Below are positions 37,146 through 46,972 of a stretch of DNA of 64,000 nucleotides, one piece after another (within the stretch, counting starts at the first letter, position 1; each line of letters starts with the position of its first letter). The translations under genes were made by a program, and so were the position numbers. The stretch spans positions 139,717-203,716 of the forward strand of contig JAQUPP010000002.1 in assembly GCA_028716665.1 (NCBI GenBank). The letters run 5' to 3'. The stretch is from Patescibacteria group bacterium (GTDB taxonomy: Bacteria > Patescibacteriota > Patescibacteriia > UBA2591 > JAQUPP01). A model generated the notes under the pieces. That model did not search any database. It was given only the letters and a program-made list of their open reading frames with translations, and had not been told where the DNA came from.

Positions 37146-38120
37146 ATGACTCAAAAAGAAATTTACAATTTAGCCATTAAAATGGGCATTGAAGCGGATT
37201 TGCGAGGCAAAAAAATGGTTGAAAAAATAATGAAAAGAATCAATCAAAAATACGAGGCAATGTCTAAGGATCAAAAAGAAGAATTTGATGAAGAAAGATT
37301 GACTAATCCGTATTCCGATTCGCGTATTTTATTTGACCCTTCGACCATTCGACAAGCTCATGGCTCAGGGCAGGCAAAAAAGCAAATTAAAAGAATTTTA
37401 GTCGGCGTTGATATGGAAATAGGCGAACTTTTACTAGCCGACAAATTGGGTAATATTGATTTGGTTTTAGCGCATCATCCGGATGGTTGCGCTTTGGCCG
37501 GGCTGGACGATGTGATGAAACTTCAGGCAGACGTTTTAAATCTTTACGGCGTGCCGATTAATATTGCCGAGAATTTAATTCATATTCGCATGGAAGAGGT
37601 GAGTAGAGGGGTTTCTTCAGCTAATCACAATGAAGCCGTGGATGCGGCAAAATTATTAAATATGGGTTTTATGTGTGTTCATACTCCGTGCGATAATTTA
37701 GTGGCTGATTTTCTCAAGAAAAAAATAGAAAAAGAAAAACCGGAATTTGTTGAAGATTTATTGAAATTATTAAAAAGCATTCCTGAATATAAAGAGGCGA
37801 TTAAAATCGGAGTCGGGCCGAGGCTTTTTACCGGCAAATCGGAAAATCATTGCGGAAAAATTGCCTTAACCGAACTTACCGGCGGTACCGAAGGCTCGCC
37901 CGAAATTTACGAAAAATTATCTCAGGCCGGAGTTGGTACGGTGGTGGCCATGCATCTCAGCGAAAAACATGTTAAAGAAGCTATTAAAGCACACATTAAC
38001 GTAGTCGTGGCCGGGCATATTTCATCAGATTCGCTGGGCTTGAATTTATTTTTAGATAAACTTGCCAAACAAAAAATTGAAATCATTCCTTGTTCCGGAC
38101 TAATCAGAATAAAAAGATAA
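37146..38120 (+). CDS. NIF3/NGG1p-interacting-factor-like metal-binding protein with 13-aa repeat-derived insert
   Basis: LAHHP, HTPCDN, AGHISSDSLG. Confidence 0.8.
   Translation: MTQKEIYNLAIKMGIEADLRGKKMVEKIMKRINQKYEAMSKDQKEEFDEERLTNPYSDSRILFDPSTIRQAHGSGQAKKQIKRILVGVDMEIGELLLADKLGNIDLVLAHHPDGCALAGLDDVMKLQADVLNLYGVPINIAENLIHIRMEEVSRGVSSANHNEAVDAAKLLNMGFMCVHTPCDNLVADFLKKKIEKEKPEFVEDLLKLLKSIPEYKEAIKIGVGPRLFTGKSENHCGKIALTELTGGTEGSPEIYEKLSQAGVGTVVAMHLSEKHVKEAIKAHINVVVAGHISSDSLGLNLFLDKLAKQKIEIIPCSGLIRIKR
37337..37375 (+). repeat. 39-bp in-frame palindromic element ([13 protein letters not shown])
   Basis: cccttcgaccattcgacaagctcatggctcagggcaggc; matches the cysS insert. Confidence 0.92.
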
Positions 38121-38154
38121 AATATAAATAATAATTATTTTAAAATTTATACTT

Positions 38155-38448
38155 ATGACAAAACTTCAACCATTAGGCAGTCGGTTAATCGTTAAGCCGA
38201 TTGAAGTAAACGAAACAACCAAATCAGGCATTATTTTGCCGGATACAGCTGATAAAGAAAAACCTGTCAGAGGGAAGGTGATAGCCGTCGGCAAGGGCAA
38301 AATGTTGGAAAACGGCCAACGGGAAATTATTGACGTAAAAGTCGGTGATGAAATTTTATTTGAAAAATACGGTACGGACGAATATAAAATAGACAAGGAA
38401 GAATTTTTAGTTGTTGATTACGAAAAAGTTGTCGCGTTAATTAAATAA
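38155..38448 (+). CDS. groES: Co-chaperonin GroES
   Basis: LQPLGSR, TKSGIILPD, VIAVGKG. Confidence 0.97.
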   Translation: MTKLQPLGSRLIVKPIEVNETTKSGIILPDTADKEKPVRGKVIAVGKGKMLENGQREIIDVKVGDEILFEKYGTDEYKIDKEEFLVVDYEKVVALIK

Positions 38449-38460
38449 TTATTTAAATAT

Positions 38461-40110
38461 ATGGCAAAACAAATTTTATTTGATGAAAAAGCTCGCGCTG
38501 CTATAAAGCGAGGAGTAGATCAATTGGCGGCAGCAGTCAAAGTGACTATGGGACCGGTTGGCCGCAATGTTATTTTGGACAAAGGTTTCGGTTCGCCGAT
38601 TATCACCAATGACGGCGTAACCGTGGCAAAAGAAATAGAATTGGAAGATAAATATGAAAATGTCGGCGCGCAATTGCTTCAAGAAGTGGCGACAAAAACC
38701 AATGATATAGCCGGTGATGGTACGACCACCGCGGTTATTTTGGCTCAAGCCATTATTTCCGCCGGTTTAAAAAATGTGGCTGCCGGAGCCAATCCATTAG
38801 CCTTGAAAAGAGGCATTGATAAAGGCGTGGCAGTAGTGGTTAAAGAATTGAAAGAAAAAATATCCAAACCGGTTTCCACTAAAGCGGAAATTAAACAAGT
38901 GGCTTCAATTTCGGCCAACAGCGAAGCAATCGGCAGTATTATTGCCGAAGCAATGGAAAAAGTCGGCAAAGACGGAGTTATTACCGTGGAAGAATCTCAA
39001 TCTTTTAATATGGAATTGGAAGTAACTGAAGGAATGCAATTTGATCACGGTTATGTTTCTCCTTATATGATTACCAATCCGGAAAAAATGTCAGCTGAAT
39101 ATGATAATCCTTATATTTTAATCACTGAAAGAAAAATTTCAGCCGTGAGTGAAATTTTGCCGATTATGGAAAAAATCGCTCAATCAGGAAAAAAAGATTT
39201 AGTGGTGATTGCTGATGAAATTGAAGGCGAAGCTCTGGCCACTTTTGTGGTTAATAAATTACGAGGAGTTTTTAATGTCTTGGCTGTCAAAGCGCCTGGT
39301 TTTGGCGATCGCAAAAAAGAAACACTTGGCGATATTGCTGCTTTAACTGGCGGTAAAGTTATTACTGAAGATTTGGGTTTAAAATTGGAAAATGTAAATT
39401 TAAACGATCTTGGCAAGGCAAGAAAAGTTATTGCCAATAAAGAAGAAACAACCATTGTTAACGGTAAGGGAAAAGAAGAAGCGATTAAAAACAGAATTGC
39501 CGGCATTAAAAGAGAATTGGAAAAAACAACTTCTGAATTTGATAAAGAAAAACTTCAAGAAAGATTGGCGAAATTATCAGGCGGCGTGGCGGTAATTAAA
39601 GTTGGAGCCGCAACCGAAACAGCGATGAAAGAAATTAAATTTAAAGTTGAAGACGCGGTTCATGCCACTAAAGCGGCCGTGGAGGAAGGAGTGGTTGTCG
39701 GCGGAGGATTGGCTTTATTAAGATGCTTGTCAATCGTGGATAAAATAAAACTTGAAGGCGATGAAATAATCGGACTGCAAATTTTAAAAAGAGCATTGGA
39801 AGAACCGATTCGTCAAATTGCCATTAATTCCGGTGAAGACGGCGCGGTGATTGCTCAAAAGGCAAAAGAGACAAAAGGTAATATGGGTTATAATGCCGCG
39901 ACAAATAAATTTGAAGATTTGATTGAAGCGGGAATTGTTGATCCGGCCAAAGTGACTCGGACGGCTTTGCAAAATGCCGCTTCCATTGCTACTTTATTTT
40001 TAACCACTGAAGCGGTAATAACCGATAAACCTGTTAAAGAAGAATGCAAGCACGAACACGGAATGGGTGGCGGAATGCCCGGAATGGGAGGAATGGGCGG
40101 GGAGTACTAG
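38461..40110 (+). CDS. groEL: Chaperonin GroEL
   Basis: [26 protein letters not shown] tail. Confidence 0.99.
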   Translation: MAKQILFDEKARAAIKRGVDQLAAAVKVTMGPVGRNVILDKGFGSPIITNDGVTVAKEIELEDKYENVGAQLLQEVATKTNDIAGDGTTTAVILAQAIISAGLKNVAAGANPLALKRGIDKGVAVVVKELKEKISKPVSTKAEIKQVASISANSEAIGSIIAEAMEKVGKDGVITVEESQSFNMELEVTEGMQFDHGYVSPYMITNPEKMSAEYDNPYILITERKISAVSEILPIMEKIAQSGKKDLVVIADEIEGEALATFVVNKLRGVFNVLAVKAPGFGDRKKETLGDIAALTGGKVITEDLGLKLENVNLNDLGKARKVIANKEETTIVNGKGKEEAIKNRIAGIKRELEKTTSEFDKEKLQERLAKLSGGVAVIKVGAATETAMKEIKFKVEDAVHATKAAVEEGVVVGGGLALLRCLSIVDKIKLEGDEIIGLQILKRALEEPIRQIAINSGEDGAVIAQKAKETKGNMGYNAATNKFEDLIEAGIVDPAKVTRTALQNAASIATLFLTTEAVITDKPVKEECKHEHGMGGGMPGMGGMGGEY

Positions 40111-40258
40111 TCCTTGGACAGGCCACAAAAAAAGACACTGTCGATTTCCCCAGCGGGAAAATCGCAGCTCGTTCTCGGTCTCGCTCCTCCGACATTCGTC
40201 GGAGACCGTGCCCGCTCGACCTGCGAAACGCTTTTTTTGCGGCACAATCCTCGGACTA
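40108..40258. repeat. ~150-bp GC-rich irregular long-hairpin element
   Basis: tagtcc/ggacta and gccacaaaaaaag/ctttttttgcggc arms; inner ctccgac-attc-gtcggag. Confidence 0.65.
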
Positions 40259-40266
40259 TTAGATAG

Positions 40267-40310
40267 ATAAAATGAAAAGAAGAGGTTTACGCCTCTTCTT
40301 TTCATTTTAT
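40267..40310. terminator. Bidirectional intrinsic terminator
   Basis: ataaaatgaaaagaagagg-N6-cctcttcttttcattttat. Confidence 0.8.
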
Positions 40311-40399
40311 TGGCAATATGGTATAATTAGAATAAGTAATAAGCTAGTAAGCTGATAAGTAAATAAGCTAAATAATTTAATAAATTAAATAAAAATTAT

Positions 40400-40762
40400 A
40401 TGGACCAAAAAGAAACTTTAGAGAAAATTAAATCTGCGATTGAGACGACTAAAAATACCAGTCTTTTAAGCAAGTTTTTAGCCGCTATTTCTTACGTCGG
40501 TGTTTTTTGTTTTGTCCCTCTCGTGGTAAAAGTAAAAGATGAAGGCGTCAATATTCATGCTCGTCAAGGCATGGTTTTATTTGTGGCCGAGATTATCTTT
40601 ACTTTAATCTGGGTTATTCCGTTTATCGGTTGGGTTGTTGGTTTTATCGGCTGGATATTCTGTATTATTGTTTCAGTAATCGGATTTATTCAATCTATCT
40701 CAGGCCGTCTTTTTACCGCGCCTTTTATCCATCGTTTTGCCGACAAGATTAAAATTATCTAA
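40400..40762 (+). CDS. Membrane protein (DUF4870-like)
   Basis: AAISY...HARQG...IPFIGW; three TM. Confidence 0.7.
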   Translation: MDQKETLEKIKSAIETTKNTSLLSKFLAAISYVGVFCFVPLVVKVKDEGVNIHARQGMVLFVAEIIFTLIWVIPFIGWVVGFIGWIFCIIVSVIGFIQSISGRLFTAPFIHRFADKIKII

Positions 40763-40836
40763 CTCAAAAAGTTTTTAGTATTTTTTAACTCGCAAGATCG
40801 ACGAGATTGTTGATTTTTTATTAAATTATATTTTTT

Positions 40837-43335
40837 ATGACCAAAAAATTAGTTATACCTTTTAAAGATTTAACCATTAAAGACGTTCCCAGAGTTGGCG
40901 GTAAAAATGCTTCCTTAGGAGAAATGTATCAGAAATTAACGAAAAAAGGGATTAGAATACCAAATGGTTTTGCCACCACATCTGATGCTTATTGGTATTT
41001 TTTGGATGAATCAGGTCTCAAAAAAGGAATCAAAGAAATTTTAAAGGGCCTTGATGTAAAGGACATGAAAAATTTAATGACTCGCGGTAAAAAGATTCGA
41101 GAGTTAATTTTAAAATCAGAATTGTCTCAAGATTTAAAATCGGAGATTGTTAAATTTTATAAAAATCTCTCCAAAGAATACGGCGTGGAAAATGTGGATG
41201 TGGCGGTAAGAAGTTCTGCCACCGCTGAAGATTTGCCCGGTGCTTCTTTTGCCGGCCAGCAAGAAACTTTTTTAAATATTCATGGCGAAAAAGAACTTTT
41301 AATAGCAGTACTTAAATGTATTGCTTCTCTTTTTACTGACAGAGCTATTGTTTATCGAACAGAACAGGGATTTGATCATCTTAATGTGGCTCTCTCAGTC
41401 GGAGTGCAAAAAATGATTCGTAGTGATTTGTCTTGTTCCGGAGTAATGTTTTCTTGCGATACGGAATCCGGTTTTGCAGACGTGACGGTTATAAATTCAT
41501 CATGGGGATTGGGTGAAAATGTCGTGCAAGGAAAAGTCAGCCCAGACGAATTTATAGTTTATGAACCGTTGAATAAAGGCCAATTTAAGCCAATTGTCAG
41601 CAAGAAATTAGGTTTGAAAGAATGGACAATGACTTATGACAATAAAGGAAATAAATCGACAAAAAATTTGCGCACTGCTTTTGAAAAACAAAATAAATTT
41701 ACTTTAACTGATGAAGAAGTTTTGGAATTGGCGCGTTACTCGGTTATTATTGAAGAACATTATAAGCGGCCAATGGATATGGAATGGGCGAAAGACGGTC
41801 ACGATAAAAAATTATATGTTTTACAGGCAAGACCGGAAACAATCCAATCCAAAAGATCTCTTGATGTTTTGGAAGAATATGTTTTATCGGGAAAGGAAAT
41901 AAATTCACGAACTTTAGCGAGAGGTAAAAAGTTCTCGGCCCAAGGCCGATCCGCCTCGGGCGGAAGTGTTTTAACAACCGGCGTGGCAATTGGCAGTAAA
42001 ATCGGCACAGGTGAAGTTAATATTATTAAAACCGCAAAAGATATCAGTAAATTTAAACCCGGACAAATTTTAGTTACTGAAATGACTGATCCTGATTGGG
42101 TACCGATTATGAAAATCGCCAAAGCCATTGTTACTGATGCCGGCGGCAGAGTTTGCCATGCGGCGATTGTCTCTCGCGAATTGGGAATTCCTTGCGTAGT
42201 GGGTACGGGGAATGCCACTCAAAAAATTCATCAAGGACAAAAAATAACCGTTTCTTGTTCCGAAGGGGAACAGGGCTTTGTTTATAACGGTTTGCTGCCT
42301 TTTAAAATTAAAAAAACCGTGATTAAGGGTTTGAAAAGACCGAAGACAAAAATTATGATGAATGTCGGCGATCCGGAGCAGGCTTTTGCTTTTGGCTTGA
42401 TTCCAAATGACGGCGTTGGCTTGGCGCGAGAAGAATTCATTATTAATGATTATATTAAAATTCATCCTTTGGCGCTTATTCATTATTCGAAAATTAAAGA
42501 TAAAAAAATAAAAGAACAAATTAATAAAATTACCATTGGTTATTCTGATAAAGTTAAATTTTACGTTGATAAATTGGCCGAAGGCATTGCTCATATCGGC
42601 GCCGCGTTTTATCCAAAAGACGTAATTGTCAGATTTTCTGATTTCAAAACCAATGAATACGCGAATTTAGTCGGCGGTTCTTTGTTTGAACCGACGGAAG
42701 CAAATCCGATGATCGGCTGGCGCGGGGCTTCCCGTTATTACGGAGAAAAATTTAAACCGGCTTTTGAATTGGAATGCCAAGCGATTAAAAAAGTTCGCGA
42801 AGTGATGGGATTGGACAATGTGATTGTAATGGTGCCGTTTTGCCGAACCGTTAAAGAAGGGGAGGATGTGCTGAAAATTATTGACCAATACGGTTTGCGT
42901 AAAAATAAAAAAGGCATTAAACCTTTGAAGGTTTATGTGATGTGCGAAATTCCTTCCAATGTTATTTTGGGCGAGGAATTTGCCAAGATTTTTGACGGTT
43001 TTTCAATCGGCTCAAATGATTTGACTCAATTGACTTTGGGACTTGATAGAGATTCGGCTTTGGTGGCGCATTTATTTGACGAAAGAAATGAAGCGGTAAA
43101 AAGATTAGTTAAAAAAATTATTGAAATTGCTCATCAGTATAAACGAAAAGTTGGAATTTGCGGCCAAGCGCCAAGCGATTTTCCTGATTTTGCCGAATTC
43201 TTGGTTAAAGAAGGAATTGATTCCATTTCTCTTAATCCTGATACGGTGGTTAAGACTACGATGGATATTTTAAAGACCGAGAAAAATATTCGGCCCAAGG
43301 CCGATCCGCCTCGGGCGGAAAAGAAAAATAAATAA
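40837..43335 (+). CDS. ppsA: Phosphoenolpyruvate synthase
   Basis: VGGKNASLGEM, RSSATAEDLP, LQARPET, CHAAIVSRELG, FSIGSNDLTQ. Confidence 0.97.
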   Translation: MTKKLVIPFKDLTIKDVPRVGGKNASLGEMYQKLTKKGIRIPNGFATTSDAYWYFLDESGLKKGIKEILKGLDVKDMKNLMTRGKKIRELILKSELSQDLKSEIVKFYKNLSKEYGVENVDVAVRSSATAEDLPGASFAGQQETFLNIHGEKELLIAVLKCIASLFTDRAIVYRTEQGFDHLNVALSVGVQKMIRSDLSCSGVMFSCDTESGFADVTVINSSWGLGENVVQGKVSPDEFIVYEPLNKGQFKPIVSKKLGLKEWTMTYDNKGNKSTKNLRTAFEKQNKFTLTDEEVLELARYSVIIEEHYKRPMDMEWAKDGHDKKLYVLQARPETIQSKRSLDVLEEYVLSGKEINSRTLARGKKFSAQGRSASGGSVLTTGVAIGSKIGTGEVNIIKTAKDISKFKPGQILVTEMTDPDWVPIMKIAKAIVTDAGGRVCHAAIVSRELGIPCVVGTGNATQKIHQGQKITVSCSEGEQGFVYNGLLPFKIKKTVIKGLKRPKTKIMMNVGDPEQAFAFGLIPNDGVGLAREEFIINDYIKIHPLALIHYSKIKDKKIKEQINKITIGYSDKVKFYVDKLAEGIAHIGAAFYPKDVIVRFSDFKTNEYANLVGGSLFEPTEANPMIGWRGASRYYGEKFKPAFELECQAIKKVREVMGLDNVIVMVPFCRTVKEGEDVLKIIDQYGLRKNKKGIKPLKVYVMCEIPSNVILGEEFAKIFDGFSIGSNDLTQLTLGLDRDSALVAHLFDERNEAVKRLVKKIIEIAHQYKRKVGICGQAPSDFPDFAEFLVKEGIDSISLNPDTVVKTTMDILKTEKNIRPKADPPRAEKKNK
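41935..41965 (+). repeat. 31-bp double-hairpin element in ppsA, copy 1 (SAQGRSASGG)
   Basis: tcggcccaaggccgatccgcctcgggcggaa, identical to 43290-43320. Confidence 0.92.
43290..43320 (+). repeat. 31-bp double-hairpin element in ppsA, copy 2 (RPKADPPRAE)
   Basis: Identical to 41935-41965, read in another frame. Confidence 0.92.
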
Positions 43336-43341
43336 GAAATA

Positions 43342-44142
43342 ATGGATTTTAAAAAACCGAAAATAATTTTTGTTTTAAGCGGCGGGGGAGCGAGAGGACT
43401 CGCGCATTTGGGTTTTTTAAAAGTTTTGGAAAAAGAAGGAATTAAACCGGACGCAATAATCGGGGTGAGTATGGGAGCATTTATCGGCGGTTTATACGCA
43501 GCCGGCATGAGTATTGAAGAAATAGGAGAAACAGCGAAGCAAATCAAAAAATTTAAAAAAGTTTTATTTTTTACTTCCCGGCCCAATAAAACAGGTTTAA
43601 TTCAGGGAGACCAAATAGAAAAATACATTGCGAATATTGTCGGTAAAAAAAGAATTGAAAATTTAAAAATTCCATTTTATGCCGTGGCCACTGATTTAAA
43701 TAAGGGGACTGATGTGGTGATAAATAAAGGACCCTTAATTAAAGCTATCTTGGCGAGCATGGCTATTCCGGGGCTTATTTCGCCGGTTAAATTTAAAAAT
43801 AAAATTTTAATTGACGGCAGAATCAGTAATCCGTTGCCCATAGATTTGGCGCGTGATTTGGGAGGCGATTTGATAATTGTTTCCAATACTCAGTTTCCTG
43901 TGCAAAAAATAAATGTCTATTCAATCAATATTATTGGCATTTTACGACGCAGTTTGGAAATAGTTGAAAGTAAAAATTTGGAGAATTTACTTTCAAAAGA
44001 AAAAGAAATTGTTGTTGTTATGCCAAAGGTGGCTAAAATTAACATATTGGAATACGAATTGGCGGAAAAAATAATTTCATTGGGTAAATTGGCAACTCAG
44101 AAAAAATTGGGAGAAATAAAAAAACGATTAAATATTGTTTAA
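43342..44142 (+). CDS. Patatin-like phospholipase
   Basis: LSGGGARG, GVSMG, DGR (variant of DGG). Confidence 0.9.
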   Translation: MDFKKPKIIFVLSGGGARGLAHLGFLKVLEKEGIKPDAIIGVSMGAFIGGLYAAGMSIEEIGETAKQIKKFKKVLFFTSRPNKTGLIQGDQIEKYIANIVGKKRIENLKIPFYAVATDLNKGTDVVINKGPLIKAILASMAIPGLISPVKFKNKILIDGRISNPLPIDLARDLGGDLIIVSNTQFPVQKINVYSINIIGILRRSLEIVESKNLENLLSKEKEIVVVMPKVAKINILEYELAEKIISLGKLATQKKLGEIKKRLNIV

Positions 44143-44149
44143 AAATGGC

Positions 44150-44201
44150 TTGACATTAAAAATAAATAGATTATACTGTTAAAATAATAGTTCTTTGGAA
44201 A
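44150..44201 (+). promoter_or_regulatory. Sigma70 promoter plus boxA-like element
   Basis: TTGACA 44150-55, TATACT 44172-77; gttctttggaaa 44190-44201. Confidence 0.65.
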
Positions 44202-44207
44202 ATAATT

Positions 44208-44464
44208 GATGTGGCCAGGAGGGGAAGGTTAGTCTAAGCAGACCCTAACGACCGATGGCGCTGATGGTTGCTCTCGTACAGAGAATCGGTCTCTCAAATA
44301 ATGTGACCGAGCATAAGAGCAGGCAAATACTTAGATTACCGATGATAAAAGATCTTTAATTTTAAATATCTTTTATCTCTCCAAGCAAGATTGGAGTAGT
44401 TTTGGCCTGGACTGTTGGCTATTAGTTTTGCATACTTGCAAGCTGTAGCCATAACTGGCGCATC
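44208..44464 (+). ncRNA. Candidate structured non-coding RNA, family unrecognised
   Basis: No ORF; ends pair (gatgtggccag/ctggcgcatc); several internal stems; flanked by promoter and terminator. Confidence 0.6.
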
Positions 44465-44472
44465 TGGAAATT

Positions 44473-44502
44473 AAGGACGTATACAAAGATATACGTCCTT
44501 TT
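44473..44502 (+). terminator. Intrinsic terminator
   Basis: aaggacgtata-caaaga-tatacgtcctttt. Confidence 0.75.
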
Positions 44503-44625
44503 CAATTATAAAATTTATGTTATAATTGAAATGTTATGGAGAGGTCGCACCCGCTCGGCGATGCGAGCGGGCTCGCTCAACCTGCTCAATAATTTGAGTA
44601 GGGCTGAGCGTAGTAGAAAATTATT

Positions 44626-44880
44626 ATGTTTTATGTTTATATCTTACAAAGCAAAAAAGATGGTAAAAAATATATTGGATTTAGTTCTGATTTAAAAGAG
44701 AGAATTAAACAACATAAAAGTGGTGAAGTGAGAGCAACTAAAAATAGATTGCCGTTAGAATTGGTTTATTACGAAGCATTTAGTGATAAAAAAGCAGCTC
44801 AACAACAAGAGTTATTTTATAAAACAGGACAAGGAAGAAGAATTTTAAATAAAAGATTATTTTTTGTAAATAAAATATAA
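44626..44880 (+). CDS. Small stand-alone GIY-YIG nuclease
   Basis: FYVYIL...YIGFS.DL..R..QH, LVYYEAF. Confidence 0.92.
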   Translation: MFYVYILQSKKDGKKYIGFSSDLKERIKQHKSGEVRATKNRLPLELVYYEAFSDKKAAQQQELFYKTGQGRRILNKRLFFVNKI

Positions 44881-44899
44881 ATAAAGTTTAGATAGATGA

Positions 44900-44984
44900 G
44901 GAGAGGTCGCATAGTGGTCGAGTGCGCTTGCTTGGAAAGCAAGTATACCGCAAGGTATCGGGGGTTCGAATCCCCCCCTCTCCG
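44900..44984 (+). tRNA. tRNA-Ser(GGA)
   Basis: ggagagg/cctctcc; cttgc-ttGGAaa-gcaag; long variable arm atacc-gcaa-ggtat. Confidence 0.95.
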
Positions 44985-45168
44985 TTTTTAAATATTATTA
45001 TTTATTAAAAAATAAATAATAATATACAAATATATAAATAAATATGATTCGAACCGCGGGCCGCAGTCCCCGAAGAGGGGACGAAGGTTTCGAGCCGCAG
45101 CAGCGGCGAGAAGCGAATCTCCCCCCGTTTTTAATAACGTATTATTTTTAATTTAATCGAAAAAAATT

Positions 45169-45891
45169 ATGACTGAATCAAAATTAAATGTTAGTGTTAT
45201 TCTCGGAGTCGCCCTAATAATCAGTGCATTGATATTCGGCGGATTTTATTATTTCGCTCAATCAAAAAATTCCACAGACGCATTATCCGTTACCGGTTCG
45301 ACTAAAATACGTGTGACCTCAGATCAGGCTAAATTGATAATCAATCTTTCCAGTATTGTTTATGCCAATGATTTATCTTCGGGTAATCGTGATATTGCCC
45401 ATGATTTGGCTTTGACACGCGATCTGTTAAAAAAATCAGGTGTGGCCGACACTGATATTGTGGAAGGACCGGTTTCCATGAATCAAGTGTGGGATCAAAA
45501 TAATACCGGTCAAATTCGTTATCAATTAAGCCAGATAATCACCGTGCAATCAAATGATGTTAATAAAATAACCGATATCTCCAAAAAAATTCCGACTCTG
45601 TCTGAGCAGGGAGCTATTATTTCAGTTCAATCATTGGAATATTATTATTCCAAATTACCAGATCTTCGCGTATCGCTTTTAACACAAGCGGTTCAAGATG
45701 CCAAAGCTAGGGCTGAAAAAATTGCCGAAGGCACAGGCAGGTACGTTGGCAGCGTCATATCGGCTTCAAATGGCGTGGTGCAAATTTTAACGCCCAATTC
45801 GGTTGATATTTCCGATTACGGCAATTATGACACTTCCAGTATTGAAAAAGACGTGATGGTAACAATTAAAGCTTCTTTCCGTCTTAAATAA
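45169..45891 (+). CDS. SIMPL (DUF541) domain protein
   Basis: TM anchor; LSVTGS, AVQDAKARAEKIA. Confidence 0.85.
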   Translation: MTESKLNVSVILGVALIISALIFGGFYYFAQSKNSTDALSVTGSTKIRVTSDQAKLIINLSSIVYANDLSSGNRDIAHDLALTRDLLKKSGVADTDIVEGPVSMNQVWDQNNTGQIRYQLSQIITVQSNDVNKITDISKKIPTLSEQGAIISVQSLEYYYSKLPDLRVSLLTQAVQDAKARAEKIAEGTGRYVGSVISASNGVVQILTPNSVDISDYGNYDTSSIEKDVMVTIKASFRLK

Positions 45892-45926
45892 TTATTTAAG
45901 ACGATCAGTAAATTTATTAATCTGTT

Positions 45927-45970
45927 AATATAGAAAATGTCACTTCTCAAGAAATGACATTTTCTATATT
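45927..45970. terminator. Hairpin terminator
   Basis: aatatagaaaatgtca...tgacattttctatatt. Confidence 0.7.
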
Positions 45971-45988
45971 ATTCAGGTATGTTATATT

Positions 45989-46966
45989 ATGAAACAAAAT
46001 TTTTGGGAAAAATTGAAAAAACCAATTATGGCTATCGCGCCGATGGCAAATGTCACTGATGCGGCGTTTCGGCAAATGCTTTTAAAATACGGTCGGCCGG
46101 ATATTTTTTTGACAGAATTCGTTTCCGTGGAAGGATTAACTTCAAAGGGCAAAGAACAATTGTTGGTGGATTTGTGGTATAATAAAAAAGAGCATCCGAT
46201 TGTGGCTCAAATATTCGGCGCCAAACCTGAAAAATTTGAAAAGGCGGCTGAAATAATACGCGAACTCGGTTTTGACGGCATTGATATCAATATGGGTTGT
46301 CCGGACAAAGATATTGAGAAACAAGGTGCCGGAGCGGCATTAATCAAAAATCCGGAATTGGCAAAACAAATTATCAGAGCGACAAAAAAAGGAGCAGGGG
46401 ATCTGCCAATTTCCGTAAAAACGCGAATCGGTTATTCCAAAAATCAAATTAAAGAATGGATTCCGATTCTTTTGAAAGAAAATTTAGCCGCGCTGACTGT
46501 CCATCTTCGCACAAAAAAAGAGGGGTATAACATTGCCGCGCATTGGGAGCTTGCCCCTGAGATCGCAGCATTAAGAGATTGTTACGCGTCGGAGACGATT
46601 ATTCTCGGCAATGGCGATATAAATACATTGGATGAAGCGCGCGAAAAAACAAAAAAATCCGGACTGGACGGAGTAATGGTTGGAAGGGGAATTTTGGCAA
46701 ATCCGTGGTTATTTTCAAAAAAAATGCTCCGCATTCAGGAGCGGCTCGAATGCATGGTAAAACACGTCGAGCTTTTTGAAAAAATGTATAAAACAGATAG
46801 TGATAAAAATTTAAAAAGTTTCAATACTATAAAAAAATATTTCAAAGCATATATCAGTGGATTTGACAATGCGAAAGATTTAAGAGTTCTGCTGATGGGG
46901 GCGAAAAATGCTATTGAAGTGAAAAAGATTACGAAAAAATTTATCAAAGAAACTAATATATTTTAA
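45989..46966 (+). CDS. dus: tRNA-dihydrouridine synthase
   Basis: APMANVTD, IDINMGCP, SVKTRIG, GNGDI, VMVGRG. Confidence 0.93.
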   Translation: MKQNFWEKLKKPIMAIAPMANVTDAAFRQMLLKYGRPDIFLTEFVSVEGLTSKGKEQLLVDLWYNKKEHPIVAQIFGAKPEKFEKAAEIIRELGFDGIDINMGCPDKDIEKQGAGAALIKNPELAKQIIRATKKGAGDLPISVKTRIGYSKNQIKEWIPILLKENLAALTVHLRTKKEGYNIAAHWELAPEIAALRDCYASETIILGNGDINTLDEAREKTKKSGLDGVMVGRGILANPWLFSKKMLRIQERLECMVKHVELFEKMYKTDSDKNLKSFNTIKKYFKAYISGFDNAKDLRVLLMGAKNAIEVKKITKKFIKETNIF

Positions 46967-46972
46967 AATATT

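Noticed and set aside
40000-40305. Three overlapping ORFs at the groEL end
   Set aside because: By-products of the GC-rich hairpin element and the groEL tail.
44208-44464. RNase P RNA, tmRNA or 6S assignment
   Set aside because: No GAGGAAAGUCC-type P4 motif, no tRNA-like ends, and branched rather than rod-like; kept as unassigned.
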